Below, piece after piece: positions 25,649-37,928 of a stretch of DNA of 64,000 nucleotides. The DNA is taken from assembly GCA_039545335.1 (NCBI GenBank), contig BCIN01000001.1, forward strand, positions 2,545,136 to 2,609,135, given 5' to 3'. Under the pieces are notes generated by a model. It was not told the DNA's origin. It worked only from the letters and a program-made list of their open reading frames with translations, and did no database searches. Source of the DNA: Kondoa subrosea (taxonomy: Eukaryota). Both the position numbers and the translations under genes were made by a program. Numbering within the stretch: the first letter of the stretch is position 1; each line of letters starts with the position of its first letter.

Positions 25649-28027
25649 TTAGCAACCGTCCAGGTAGTTCATCAGATTGCCGATGATAGCTCTTTTCGTA
25701 GCACCTTCCGTACCTTCTTCTCCTTCTATGTTGGCAGAGTATTCTTCAAGTACAGCTATCACATCTGAAAACTCTTTGCCTTTTCGACTAAGCAGCATCT
25801 TGGCGTGATCTCGAACCTGCAATCTCTTAGATTTGGAATGGTCGTGATAGATATACACTCACTCCATCATCTTCCATGCAGATCCACGCTAGGACATAGT
25901 CCGCCAATTGCAGAGTCGCTAAACCATTCTCTAGCTTGCCCAAGAATAGCTCATCCGCATCTAGATCAACTCCTTCTACACCTCTCCATCTAGACACTCT
26001 ATTCTCTGCTGCTTCACGCAACTCAAGCAGACGATCGACCTTTTCGTAATCTTCGGCTACGAATTTTGTCAATAGGCGTACTCGAGGTGCAGAATCTGAT
26101 TCTAGAGAAGAAAAGAGTGAAGAAAGAATGCCAAGAATGTGTTCGGTATCTTCTGTGGTTAACGCTGCTTCTTTTTTGCCGCCCTGTCGCATCAGGAACG
26201 ATTCTAAGCATTCAGCATGCTTAAGTAATGCCAAACCGACCTTGCCCATGAATGCAGGGAAGAGAGTCTTCAAGCCTAGAGCATCCACAAAGAGAGCGCA
26301 TGTATCCGCGCCTTCTCCTTCAGCTGACATAGCGAAATCCAGAACCTTGATAGATCGCGTTCTAGCCATTCTCTTTTCCCTTCGTAGTGCATTGATGAGC
26401 ACATTTCGAAGTAACACAATTTTCTCGACTTACTTCATGAGAATGACCATCAGTTCCACGCCTTCGTCTGTTCTGAATGCTTTCTTGCCTTCTTCGGATC
26501 CTAAACATTGGCAAACCAAATCGAATACATTCTCCATGAACTCGACTTCTTCCGTCCCTCTTGGATCACGTTTCCTATACCCACTCAAGACTTGCAAACA
26601 TATATCAAGACCTTTCTTTTCCAAAAACAAGCTCTTTGCTTGCGTTCCATGTACGTCGGAAGATAAGACGATAGCTAAAAGTTCAGCAGCGTAGAATCGA
26701 TTGGATTCTTCTGGTGCTGAAGCTTTATCTTTACTTGGAGTGATAGTTTTGATTAGATAGGATAGAAGATCAGTTGAGAGAATAGAAGAAGCGGTTAGAT
26801 CTGCTTTGGAGGAGGAGAGCAAGTTTTCGATTAAGCCAAATGTGTGGTAAAGACCTTGCGCTTCGGCATCATCTGCTGGATTAAGACGATTTGTATTCGA
26901 TGTGAGTAGTTCAAGTAAAGAAGCATTGAGCTGTCAAGTAAGCTCGAGTTAGTATCAACACTGTATATGGGATCATGGTCCTGACCATTTCGCCTATCAG
27001 CTGATCTAGAGCACTGAGGAAAGCTTCTTCGTCTTCAACACCTTCTCCCACATCTTCATCTGTGAGTTCTTCGATGACTTTCACAGCTGCTATTGCTATA
27101 TCCACATTCTCATCTGAAATAAAGCAGGTAAGCAAAGACTTGAGTTCATAGATCATCACATACGCGACAGTAAGTCTACTAGCGATGCTGCTACTCCAAG
27201 GCGTACAATTTCCGGGTAGAAGGTGGCTACATCTTGCGTTAATAGCAGCAAAGAGCCCAAAGCAGCATCAAGCGCTATTTCCGAATCGACGAATCTATCA
27301 GTGTATCAGTCAGTCGTAATAGAGAGTGTCATGTCAGAGACTCACTTTTCCGGAGCCTTGTCATACTTTGTCTGTCGATCATACGGAATCGTCAGCGCAT
27401 GTAACGTGCAGATAGATGCGTATCAACCGACCCTCAGTTCTCTATTCTTGTTGATGCTTTTCTCCAAATTAAGCAGCGTCTTTCTACATTCAGGTAAAGT
27501 CATGAGTGAGCCTTCTTCAGTATCAACTTGAGTGTCCGTATCCAGTATTTGTATGATCTGTTTCTGCTCTGAAGTCAATCCACCTCCAAAGAAGCGACCT
27601 GTCAATCTCAAAATCACATCAGCTATATAAAACAGCATGATACACCTTTGAAACTGACCACCTTCGTCGTCTTCTTCTGCAAAGTAATCCGCATCACCTC
27701 CAGGAGCGAAATCATCTCCAGCAGGAACCATCTCATCTTCTTCATCACTTCCATCAGTCACTCGAGCTCGTTTGACTGGTTTACTGCTACTCGACGAAAC
27801 TTGAGATTCGCCAGAGATTGCTTCTGACGTAGCTTTATTGGTTTAAGCAGAGCATAAGATGTTTGTATAGATGTATATTGAGTCTTTGACTCGCCTAGAG
27901 GAGGAGCAGGTGCTTTTCGCTTGTTATTGATGCTGGATTTTGGCAGAGCCGGTAGCTGAACAGGTACATTGAGCCTTGGATCAGTGGCTTATGAAGAGCT
28001 CACCTTGAAGATGTCGTTCACGTCCAT
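25649..28027 (-). CDS. CTNNBL1: Beta-catenin-like protein 1 (Prp19-complex associated)
   Basis: EEDDEGGRFFGGGLTSEQKQI, LEKSINKNRELR, HENVDIAIAAVKVIEELTDED, NRFYAAELLAI, YRKRDP..EEVEFMEN, EGVELM, KVDRLLELRE. Confidence 0.92.
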
Positions 28028-29319
28028 AGCTGCCTCGCCGTATGCTGCAGACAAGCAAATCCAATAATTGTTAGGGTTGCTCTTAGCGGTCATTTCTGCT
28101 TGTGTCTATCTGGTGACTGCGAGCAATTCGCCCTCGAGACCGTCGCTATCTCATTCCTTGTCCCGAATGCAGGAATCTATGCCTTGCTACTTGGCTCTCA
28201 TCTCACTCAAAAATCCATGTCCGCTGGCTGCACTTTAATGGCCTCTAAATCCCATTTGTTTCCCATAATTGGTTCTTGTGCAAGTTTCAAGTACACATCT
28301 GGGATTGACAACGCTCTCAAGAGCAGGAATGATCCAGTCACATTGGCTTGTGAAGCTCGCAGTCGTCTTTTCGTATATGAGCTTGCGATGGTACTGGGAC
28401 ACTGGTTCAGAAGACGGCCATGGGCGACTGCTATCTCAATCAGCCATTGCTGCGATATACGGAAGGAGGAGAATATCACTAAGATGGCCATTTTCTTTTG
28501 CTTGTAGAAGACATGCTGTGTGCTCTTTAAACATCTCTAGCTTGCTCCTTCCAGTCAATCGCGCTTTGGACTTCCTTTACCAGAAAATATTACCTCTTCG
28601 CGTTCGCTCGATTAGGTAAGGTCACAATGTACGTATGAAGTCGCATTGATGGATCAACTTTCGCTCGCCAAGCATGTCCAATGGATGGAAGCTCCTGCTT
28701 TAATGTTCCAACCAAGGCTTGTGATGCTACCATGAGATTTCGTTGCATTTCAATGTATCGAATAAAATGAAGTGCAAGAGGAACAAGATAAAAGCTGGTC
28801 TACTACGAACAAACAAAAGCAAATGAAAGCTGTGCTGCTAAGCCTATCTGATGCTATGCGATATGCTGAACACCGCTTTACAAATTTGTCACTGCCTTTT
28901 CTCTTTCCCCCTCCTTGCAATATTGCACAGCGTCGCGCAATGGCGATATTGTCTGCTCCGGCACAAGAGCTGTGCCTCTATATAGCGCGATGCTAGTCAA
29001 CGTCTCTGAGTGCCTTGAACTTTGAAAGGCCAAGATCACACTCCCGAATGATTTTGCTTCTTTTTTGGTCTCATACCGATGCTCTGTCGGAGCGAGTGCC
29101 TGAAACGTAGCATGTATACGTCAGGCTACTCTTCTGTGCTCTAACTCTGAGCGCGACAAGATTTGCACCACCTTCCGAAACATTCTTGACCCATTGTTCT
29201 CGCATCAAATCCAATTTCTTGGTTGATGTCTGAGTGATTGATTTTTGAGAAGAGTATTTCAACCTCACCTTTGCTCCTGTAAAGATGTTTCCCACCTCAT
29301 ATTCCCTCTCAAATCACAA

Positions 29320-29946
29320 ATGGCTTGCATTTCCTTTCCAGCTGAAGCTCATTTATCCCCTCCTTCTTATTCTTATGACCTCTTCACTGAGAGTCAAACT
29401 TCTTCTACTTCTCCGGCAGCAATGATGGTAGAAGAATTACCAACATACGGGAAAGAGCGACGAACGAAATCCGAAAGAATGTTCTGGCGTAAGTTTTCGT
29501 CCTTCCCTGCACGCTTCTACCTTTCTGACGTATTGATTTGGTTCTTGTAGTCGGGTTCTTCTTCTTTCCTATTTGGGCAATCGGAGCTCTATTATATTTC
29601 TCACCTTCCGATCCATTGAAATCAGCTCGGTGTCATTCTTCTTCTCCTACTTCTTCTGAATCAAATTCACCACCAAGAACTCGATTGATATCTTTCTTGC
29701 AACGAATAAGGAAAGAAAAGGATGTGGATGTAGAAGGATTAGCTGTTTCAGAGGAGATGAGGGAAATGTGGAGAGGTGAAGAAAGGCATTGGGCTTTGTT
29801 GTGTCTCAGATTCTTGGGAGTTGTGAGTTCTTCTGTCGAATGACATCTGATAGATTGGCATGCTGATTGATTGTTTCTATTAGGCTATTCTGTTACTTGC
29901 TCTAGCTACATTCATTGTAGTATATTTTTTTGTGCTCAAGCAATAA
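29320..29946 (+). CDS. Small membrane protein of unknown function
   Basis: Three exons (introns near 29489-29550 and 29824-29883); hydrophobic GFFFFPIWAIGALLYF segment and a C-terminal hydrophobic helix after EERHWALLCL. Confidence 0.7.
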
Positions 29947-30120
29947 AGGCACGGAGGGAAAATGTATAGAAAGGGTTGTAGAGAACGAAATGTATACGAC
30001 AATGAGACGATTACGATGATATTAAATGCACTACCTAGAGACCAAAGAAACGACTATTAAGGATTATGATGATCTATAAAGCGATACGAGAACGATTGCA
30101 AACGAAGATTCCTCCCATCT

Positions 30121-30871
30121 CTACGCGGCAGTTGGACTGGCAGCGACGGGACTACTGGCAGTAGCAGGGTTGTGAGCAGCCAAAGCAGCGTTGCGATCTT
30201 GATCATGATGTTGCTTGACCTGCTTGAAAGATTCGAGATGTGCCATCTTGCTTTTGTGATCGGCTACCATTTCTTCGTGATGTTTACTCTTATTTGCTGC
30301 AATGTTAGTGTTCTTCTCCAATTCAGAAACAGCTTTGGTATGAGCATCTTGAGCTTTAATGAGCTTCTGCTTAGTCTTGTATTCAGCTTTTTTGCTCTTC
30401 TCCACTTGACGGTTTGCTTTTCCGCTTTCTTTAAGACTCTTTGCTTCAGCTTTTCTTGATTTATCAGCAGCCTATTCAAACCGGAGGAGGTCAATACTCG
30501 AACACAGAGATTATAGCCACACAAGCAAACATACCTTTGTAGCAGCGGCAACAGTCTTAGCCTCCTGCTTCTCTTCTTTAGCAATCAACTTCTCGTACTT
30601 CTTCTGTTCCTTCACTTCTTCTTTAGTTGGCTCGTGCGTTGTTGCAGCAGGCACGGCAGTCACAGTAGATCCATTTGCTGATTGTGGGACATGAGTGTTA
30701 TGACTGAGTCCACTAGGTTCGCCTTGAGTAGCTGGGACATCCGTGATGACTTTAGATAAAAAGAGGAATGTTCAGAAATGGAAATGAGGCAAATCAAAAG
30801 AGCTTACTGGTTGGCTTCTCCTTTTCTACAGGTACTGTAGCACTTCCTTGTTCGTAAGCAGGGGCAGACAT
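30121..30871 (-). CDS. Lys/Ala/Glu-rich coiled-coil hydrophilic protein
   Basis: ATG at 30871 (MSAPAYEQG..), two GT-AG introns, helical repeats KEQKKYEKLIAKEEKQEAK...; stop at 30121. Confidence 0.75.
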
Positions 30872-31046
30872 GATCGGTTAGCTATTGTAGAAATTGGTGG
30901 TCAAAAGTCAAGAATGGAAGGAAATTCAAAACAGCGGGCGGCGGAACAAAAAAGGGTCGCGACTCTATGACTCATCGACACGCATCTTGATCTGCAGATA
31001 CTCGCTCTGTCAGACTATCCAAATACACCGGCTCATTCGATACAGC

Positions 31047-32292
31047 TCATGTACTAGTCTTGAAGATCGCTTTCACTCCAGCACCTCGCACTTTCATCTT
31101 ATCTCTTGAACTCATACCCCTCATATCCACACTGTACGGATCTTCATCCTGCGCTTTTCTTATAGCTTTATCAAGATCATTGGCTGAATCTTTAGTAGCG
31201 AAGAAACAAGCTAAAACTTGAGCGACGAAAGTGAATGCGGCCAAGATAAGTCCAATGGGAGAAAGGTCTGTCGAAAGCACACAGATACCATCAGTATCGA
31301 GAGACTGAAGCTTTGGGATCGGAAAGTACTGACGATTGTTCGAGCCGTTCTTATCCATCACCACTCGACCCCAGAAATCAATTCCAATACAGATTATCAG
31401 AACAGCCATAGAAAGGATGCATGAGCTGTTATGAAGTGTGAGATCGAACAAAATGGAAGAACTCCAGAGACAGCTCACGTATAGCAAAAAGCAAGTTTCG
31501 TCAAAGGATGAAGATGTCTAGACGTTCCTGCTGATTTAGTCCATTGGGCTTGCTTGTTCTGTACTGCTCTTCTAGCATCCTGATGCTGTTCTGCAAGTCT
31601 GTTCTTAGTACTTCTTTCACACTATCACAAGCGAAATTTAAAGCTCACCATATTCTTCCAATTGTAAATGATGAATATGCTTGCGATGGAAGAACGATAT
31701 TATCAATACTATAGTAGTCAAAGCACTCCAACAAGCTGAAACAATATGACTATAACAATCAAAGAGCATCAGTTTAGAATTGGAAGATAGCTTCTTATCA
31801 AACTAGAACTCACATCCAACTCAAAGCGTCCAAACCCAAGAATAGAGCATAAATAGCATCATCGTTCTTAGCAGATAAAGCAAAAGAAGCCAAACTTGCG
31901 CATTTACCGCCTAACTCGCTCGAACAGATCCCATCTACAAGAATACTGAGTTCGTTCTTGCCATACGTGAAGGTTGATACAGCAAAAGATTTCCTAGTTG
32001 GTGCAGAAGTACAGCCGCCCACGGATTCAAGGAAAGCAAAAGTGGTAGCTATAGCGAACAGTCTGTTTGAGAATGTAAAGTCAGTCAGAAGAAGGGATCT
32101 CAGATCGAAGCAGAAAATATACATGATAGCGAGCAATAGTTTCGTAGCGCTGATGGGTTGATGATAGTCTTTAGTAATGTATTGACCAGTCTTCGCGCGA
32201 TAAGCATTGGAATGGCCGCCTCGCGAAGCATCACGACTGTTATGACCAACAGGCGTTGGAGGGTCATAGAGGCTATCACGATGCGATGCCAT
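31047..32292 (-). CDS. Multi-pass (about 4 TM) membrane protein, possibly SUR7/PalI-like topology
   Basis: ORFs 31810..32394 and 31047..31487 are linked by internal exons; hydrophobic segments flank a Cys-containing loop (DGICSSELGGKC). The family is inferred from topology only. Confidence 0.6.
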
Positions 32293-32364
32293 TCTATTTT
32301 GGTAAAGGGTAAAAGAGGAAGATAATGACAGACGACAGGTTGATTGGCATTCCCTTTGTGCGAC

Positions 32365-32382
32365 AGAGAGAGAGAGAGAGAG
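32365..32382. repeat. (AG)9 microsatellite
   Basis: Seen directly, in the 5' region of the minus-strand membrane gene. Confidence 0.9.
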
Positions 32383-32720
32383 AACGGAGAGCAAGTCTGG
32401 GCCGCTGTTATATCACATGTATACTAGAGAACGCCTGATGCGGAAGCTCAAGAAGCCATACAAAGTCAGAGGGCGAGTAGAAAGTCGGATCTATTGACAA
32501 CTGAGTTTATCCAAGGGATGAAGCACTCTCAAAGTTCGATAGCCAGCTCTTGAATGCGATAGACCTTCCTTCCGCGAGATTGGTGGTATCAGACAACCTT
32601 CGACATAATTTTCGAATGGTGCTCTGCTTGAAACTGTGACGATATCTCAGCTTGCTGGCCTATGTATGTGCTCTTGCTACCCAAACGATCTGCTCTTAGC
32701 ATTTACTGGCAGAATCCAGT

Positions 32721-35096
32721 ATGCTTTCGCGCAATTTGGCTCGATCAACGCAAGTCACAAGTTGCAAATGTTTTCAAGCTCAAGCTGGTTCGCAGCGAAC
32801 TCTGTTTGGGCTTCTCAGAAGATCTGGATCTAAAGAAACACATGAGTCGCATTTGAAGAAGATTCGTAAAGCGATAGAAACGCATGATCGGGATGCATTG
32901 CGTGAAGCCTACCCAAATTACGCTCACTTCCGTAACACAAATCAATCGCAACCTTCTTCCTCTTCTTATTCTTCTGATAAGACGCCTGATCTGTTGTCCG
33001 CCATGAGATTAATCGTGACCGGGTCGAATAAATTGACAGCAAGAGATTACCGCTTTGTGAAACGACTGTTCAATGATATGGAGAAGGCTTATTCCTTTGT
33101 ACCACCTATACAAGCTCATCACTACCTTCTACTTGCAATGGTCAAAGCTGATCGAACTGAAGAAGCTTTTCGCTGGATTCAATCAATGGAAAAGAGCCAT
33201 TCCCTCACACCCGGTGTACAAGACTGGAATGTTATATTGACTGGATACTCGAAGAAATCAGGTCGCAAGGGAGATAGGATGGAAGCAATGGACCAAGTTT
33301 GGCAAGCGATGCAGGAAGCAAATGTCAAGCCTGATCTCATTAGCTACAATTGCTATATAAAAGCTCTATTCCTCTCTGATCGACCAAATGAAGTTCATTC
33401 CCTCCTACAAAAGCTAAAAGATGTCAAAGGTCCAGATGCCTACACCTATGCAACTTTGATCAATGGCTACATTGATGCCGGTCAATTAGATATGGCAACT
33501 CAAGTAGCCGAAGAGCTAGAAACCGCACAATTCGAACCACGGGGTCTGAAAATGGATGTTGTAGCATGGAACGCTCTCATCAAGCATGCCGCAGTAACAG
33601 GCGGTCAAGAAAGGCAAAGATCGGTCTTGAACCGATGGATGAAAAGCCCTGGTCCAGTCAAGCCTGATGCCTGGACGCTATCTGAGCTTCTTCTGTGTCC
33701 AACCAAAGATTCTGCTCAAAATCTATATACATCTGAAGTACCGCCGGATGAGGCAGCTTATCAGCGAATGATTGAAGCCTGCGAGCTCAGTAACTGTCGA
33801 CCTACCAACCATGGCTACGCGATCTTAATACAACAACTTATAGATCAGGCGCAAGACGCTGAACTTGGTTATCGCTTCGCAAGACGATTGCATGACAGAG
33901 CCGTGACCGGTCCTGATGCAGTGCAATCTTCTTCAGCTATGGTTCATCCTCTGTTGAAGACTCTAGCAAAGCTTCCAGCTCCTGATCTCGCAGCTGCTAA
34001 ATCGCTCTATCAAAATTTGGTTGATCCGATCGAGAGTTCTCGATGGAGCAACGCATACTATCCTGATGAAGCGGTATACAAGACACTTCTACAAATATGC
34101 TCTTCTTCGGGTTCAGAAGGCTTAAGTTGGTCTTTGGTGCTCTTGGACGAAATGCGTCAAAACGGCATCACTTTCAGCAATAAACACACTGCTTTGGATC
34201 ATATTGGTTTGCTCATCAACTGTTGTAATACCTATGCAGAAGCGTTCAAAGTCTATGCCTGGATACAAGTTTTGGATCCGCATTCACTCGACACGGAGTT
34301 CTACAATAACATTCTCACTATCTTCTCTCAGCTTTCTTTCTCACCTTCTACTTCTGCACCTCCTTCAATCTTTTTCGAAGTACTCAAAGACATGAGAGCT
34401 TCCGGTCATCCTCCTACAACAGTAACCTATACTATTCTGCTCAATTACTATTCTCGCATCGCCGTTCGACCAGAACAAATCAAACGCTTACACGATATTA
34501 TCAAACTCGATCCAATGTATGATCCAGATATCAAGCTGAACAATGCTCTAATGGATGCTTATGGTCGAGTTGGTCTTTACGCCTCCGCTATACAAGTTTG
34601 GAAACTTATGAGAGTCAACAAGAGAGCGGTGGATAATGCTTCGATTTCAATCATATTGGATGTAGCCGGTTGGGCAGGAGCAAAAGATTTCGCTTACTTG
34701 ACTTGGAAAAGTATTCGACAAGATCCGGATTTACAATTGACAAACAAGAATTGGAATACCTGGGTTGAATGTCTTGGTCGTTTGGACGATTTGCAAGCGG
34801 CTTGCGATGTAGTTTGTGAAGAGATGCAAAGTCCATCAAGTGGAGTAAAGGAGATAGATATGTCTACGGTAGAGGTTTTGGTCAAGTTTGCTAGGAAATC
34901 AGGAAGAGAAGCATTTCTCTATACTCGCAAGCGGATACAAACGGATCTACCTTTTCACTATTGGGAACAGTTGGACGAGAAGCTCAAGGAGGACGAGTGG
35001 ACACCGAAAGCAGAATTCAGACAGGGAAGTATATCAGAAGCTGAGAAACCTGGATTTGTTAGTATGACAGCGTCTGCATTCGGTTGGGCAAAATAG
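32721..35096 (+). CDS. Pentatricopeptide-repeat protein, probably mitochondrial; intronless
   Basis: 791-aa ORF with PPR-like repeats (PDLISYNCYIKAL, PDAYTYATLINGY, PTTVTYTILLNYY, LNNALMDAYGRVG) and an Arg/Ser-rich presequence-like N-terminus. Confidence 0.92.
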   Translation: MLSRNLARSTQVTSCKCFQAQAGSQRTLFGLLRRSGSKETHESHLKKIRKAIETHDRDALREAYPNYAHFRNTNQSQPSSSSYSSDKTPDLLSAMRLIVTGSNKLTARDYRFVKRLFNDMEKAYSFVPPIQAHHYLLLAMVKADRTEEAFRWIQSMEKSHSLTPGVQDWNVILTGYSKKSGRKGDRMEAMDQVWQAMQEANVKPDLISYNCYIKALFLSDRPNEVHSLLQKLKDVKGPDAYTYATLINGYIDAGQLDMATQVAEELETAQFEPRGLKMDVVAWNALIKHAAVTGGQERQRSVLNRWMKSPGPVKPDAWTLSELLLCPTKDSAQNLYTSEVPPDEAAYQRMIEACELSNCRPTNHGYAILIQQLIDQAQDAELGYRFARRLHDRAVTGPDAVQSSSAMVHPLLKTLAKLPAPDLAAAKSLYQNLVDPIESSRWSNAYYPDEAVYKTLLQICSSSGSEGLSWSLVLLDEMRQNGITFSNKHTALDHIGLLINCCNTYAEAFKVYAWIQVLDPHSLDTEFYNNILTIFSQLSFSPSTSAPPSIFFEVLKDMRASGHPPTTVTYTILLNYYSRIAVRPEQIKRLHDIIKLDPMYDPDIKLNNALMDAYGRVGLYASAIQVWKLMRVNKRAVDNASISIILDVAGWAGAKDFAYLTWKSIRQDPDLQLTNKNWNTWVECLGRLDDLQAACDVVCEEMQSPSSGVKEIDMSTVEVLVKFARKSGREAFLYTRKRIQTDLPFHYWEQLDEKLKEDEWTPKAEFRQGSISEAEKPGFVSMTASAFGWAK

Positions 35097-35142
35097 GAAG
35101 GATTTAAGACAGTGTGTCATACATTATATAAGCCAATTCATG

Positions 35143-36419
35143 CTACGGAGGAAAACGCCTTCCTTCGATCTGCATTCGCCTTGTAACATTGCTTGGCATA
35201 CAATATACGGGATCGACTTCTTGCAAACCTTCATGTTTCAGCAAAGAAAGTCCAGCGATACCAAAGACTGTATGCCAAACATCCGCTACATCTTCAGGTC
35301 TATCTGCTATTCCTCCCTTCTCGGTGTCCTGTATGTTATTCAGCTAGATCCATGCGGCGTTGATGTGAGTCCTCACCTGACATGACAGTATGAAGTTGGA
35401 AAGCTTTTCTCCATTTATCCAATCACTTCGTCCCAATATCGCTAGCGAAGCCAAAGCCCACCAGCTATAGCAGACCTGTCTCACATTCAAATTTCATCCT
35501 TCAAGACGCGCAGATTGCAAGGCTTACATCCTCCAGTTTCTCTGGTCTTCCGTTGAGTCCTCCGTTTGGCAACTGTCGCTCACATAGCCACCAACTGATC
35601 ATATCCCGCTTGACAGTTTCTAGCTTGTTAAGTATAGCGAGAGTTCCAACGCATGTCCAGACTACGAAGTAATTAATCAGTGCGAGAATACACAAACGAG
35701 AGAATATATGTAATCACCATAAGCAGCATGACTCTCAGCTCCTGGCACCATGCCATAGCCTCCATCGAAATTAGCGCATGAAATGATCCAAGAAGCTGTT
35801 TTGTCCCAATCCAGAGCATCCAAGCGACCAAGTAGGGATAATGCTGATACAGCGCAATAAGAGAAACGACAATCTATTTCTCCCCATTCATCGCCCATAA
35901 ACGAGCCGGTCTTAGGATCTTGCAGGGACAGGATGACTAAGCAGAAGAAGATCAGATTTGACCAAACAGTCAGCGAATGTGCATACAGTTGACGATCTTC
36001 TCTCTGTCCAGCAGGTCGAGTGCATCGTGGGTAGCGAGGATCTGAATTGCGCTAAGCGTTGGGTGCAGATGCACATCATGACCTGGATGAGGACTGAACG
36101 CGCCTGATCGCGTTGGTTGCAATGAGATAGCAACATCCCTGAGAATCATCTGACACACCAGCTTCGGCGTTCCAGCACGACATGACCCAATCCAGCATTT
36201 CTTGTCGAGGTAAAGCTTCGACATGACCCATCAACGCCAGAGCCGTAAGGCCCCAATAGACGCCATTCATTCGCAAGTGCTCCGTAAGATGATAGGCCAG
36301 CTCATCCTTCTTCTGTATATCCAGCTTAGATTTGGGGACTTTCTACTTTATGTTCCTCGACCAACCGAATCTAATGATTGCACGTATTTGACATGCTTCT
36401 CTATCAGCAGTGGTACCAT
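35143..36419 (-). CDS. BET2: Rab geranylgeranyltransferase (GGTase-II) beta subunit
   Basis: [74 protein letters not shown]. Confidence 0.95.
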
Positions 36420-36703
36420 TGCAAGCTGCAGTCTTGAATGCGATCTTGCTCGTTTCGGTCTTTCCTTGCATTGCTCAGCCTGTAAATCTCATCGCAGTGT
36501 GTTCTGGCTAACTTCCATGCGCCGCTCGCCCTGTGAATACGCATAGTCACGGTTCACCTGCTTCTTCGCTGAGTCACTGCACAATCCCGATGACCAATCA
36601 TTGGTGTTTGTAATATTTATAAGTCCTGACCTGTCTGGCCCTAATTGATCAGCAGCACATGGTAATCACCTGATCATCAGCGTAGTGCTTTCTCCTTCTC
36701 CTT

Positions 36704-36719
36704 TCTCTCTCTCTCTCTC
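36704..36719. repeat. (TC)8 microsatellite / pyrimidine tract upstream of the SDR start
   Basis: Seen directly. Confidence 0.85.
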
Positions 36720-36754
36720 GTTCGTTTCATTTAGCTACTATATTCATACCCACA

Positions 36755-37842
36755 ATGTCTGCAACTCAGAAAGTCTATCTCGTTTCAGGCGCCAAGTAAG
36801 CGATATATGACTTCATAGCCTCGCTCGAACTAAGTTGTCCTGTTACAGTCGCGGTATTGGCTTACAGATTGTAGCTCAATTGCTAGCCAAGAATGATTCC
36901 AGTCAGCCTTACATATATCCCTCATCTAGTCTTGCACCGCTGACCGAATCTGCTTAGTCGTCTTTGCTGGTGCAAGAGATCCTTCGAAAGCGACCGAGCT
37001 ACGATCTTTGGCCAAAGAAAATCCAGGCCAACTTCACGTTGTCAAACTCGCTTCCGCTTCAGTTGACGATGCTGAAGCAGCTGTCAAGACCATCAAGGAT
37101 AAATTTGGTCACCTGGATGTAGTCTTAGCGAACGCTGGTAGGTTGTGCCGTACAATCGCAAGTGGTTTTGTCTCTAACTTAATTACATAGGTGCTGCTGC
37201 GCAATCCGGCAAATTGCATGAAGGTCCTCTTGAAGAATTCCAAGAATTATGGAATGTCAATTGCCTTGGTCCTGTTGTGTTATACAGAGCAGTCCACGAC
37301 CTCTTACTCCAATCTCCAAAACCCATCTTCATGCTCACAAGTTCCGCTGCCGGATCCATCGAAAACCAGCCTGGTGAATTCCCTCTTGGACCATATGCCT
37401 CCTCTAAAGCGTACGTCTGCGTTTACTGCTGGCTAAACTCTTTGTCTGAATATCAAACAGTGCTGCCAATTCAATCCTCCGCAAAATCCATTTCGAAGAG
37501 GAGAAATTGACCGCTATCGCCTTACATCCAGGGATGGTCTCGTCAGACAGTTAGTTTGCGTCCTCCCTTATTCGGATACCATTATCTAATAAATTTCTTC
37601 GCATCCAAACAGTGGGAAGAGTTGGACTGGAGAAGATTGGCTTAAGTGCGGAGAAAGCTACTGAAATGGGCTATCCGGTCATCTCACCCGAAGAAAGCGG
37701 TAAAGCCATTGTCAAGCTCTTGGACAATGCTACGCGTGAGAATTATGGTAAGCCAGTTCTCCCCAAAAGTATGAACTTCGCTGATATGGGTTAAACAGGT
37801 GGCCGCTTTGTGAGCCATGACGCCAGTCCAATGAAATGGTAG
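36755..37842 (+). CDS. Short-chain dehydrogenase/reductase
   Basis: VYLVSGANRGIG, FAGARDPS, HLDVVLANAG, TSSAAGS, catalytic YASSK, ALHPGMV; multi-exon. Confidence 0.92.
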
Positions 37843-37928
37843 CAGGACTGTAAGACTATTCACAGGAGCAATGCAATGTAAACACTATTGTTCATAAAAT
37901 ACAACTCAGACTCCTTTGCTTCTCCTTT

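Noticed and set aside
28100..28619. Overlapping ORFs of 94-135 aa upstream of CTNNBL1
   Set aside because: No motif and no coherent splice model on either strand.
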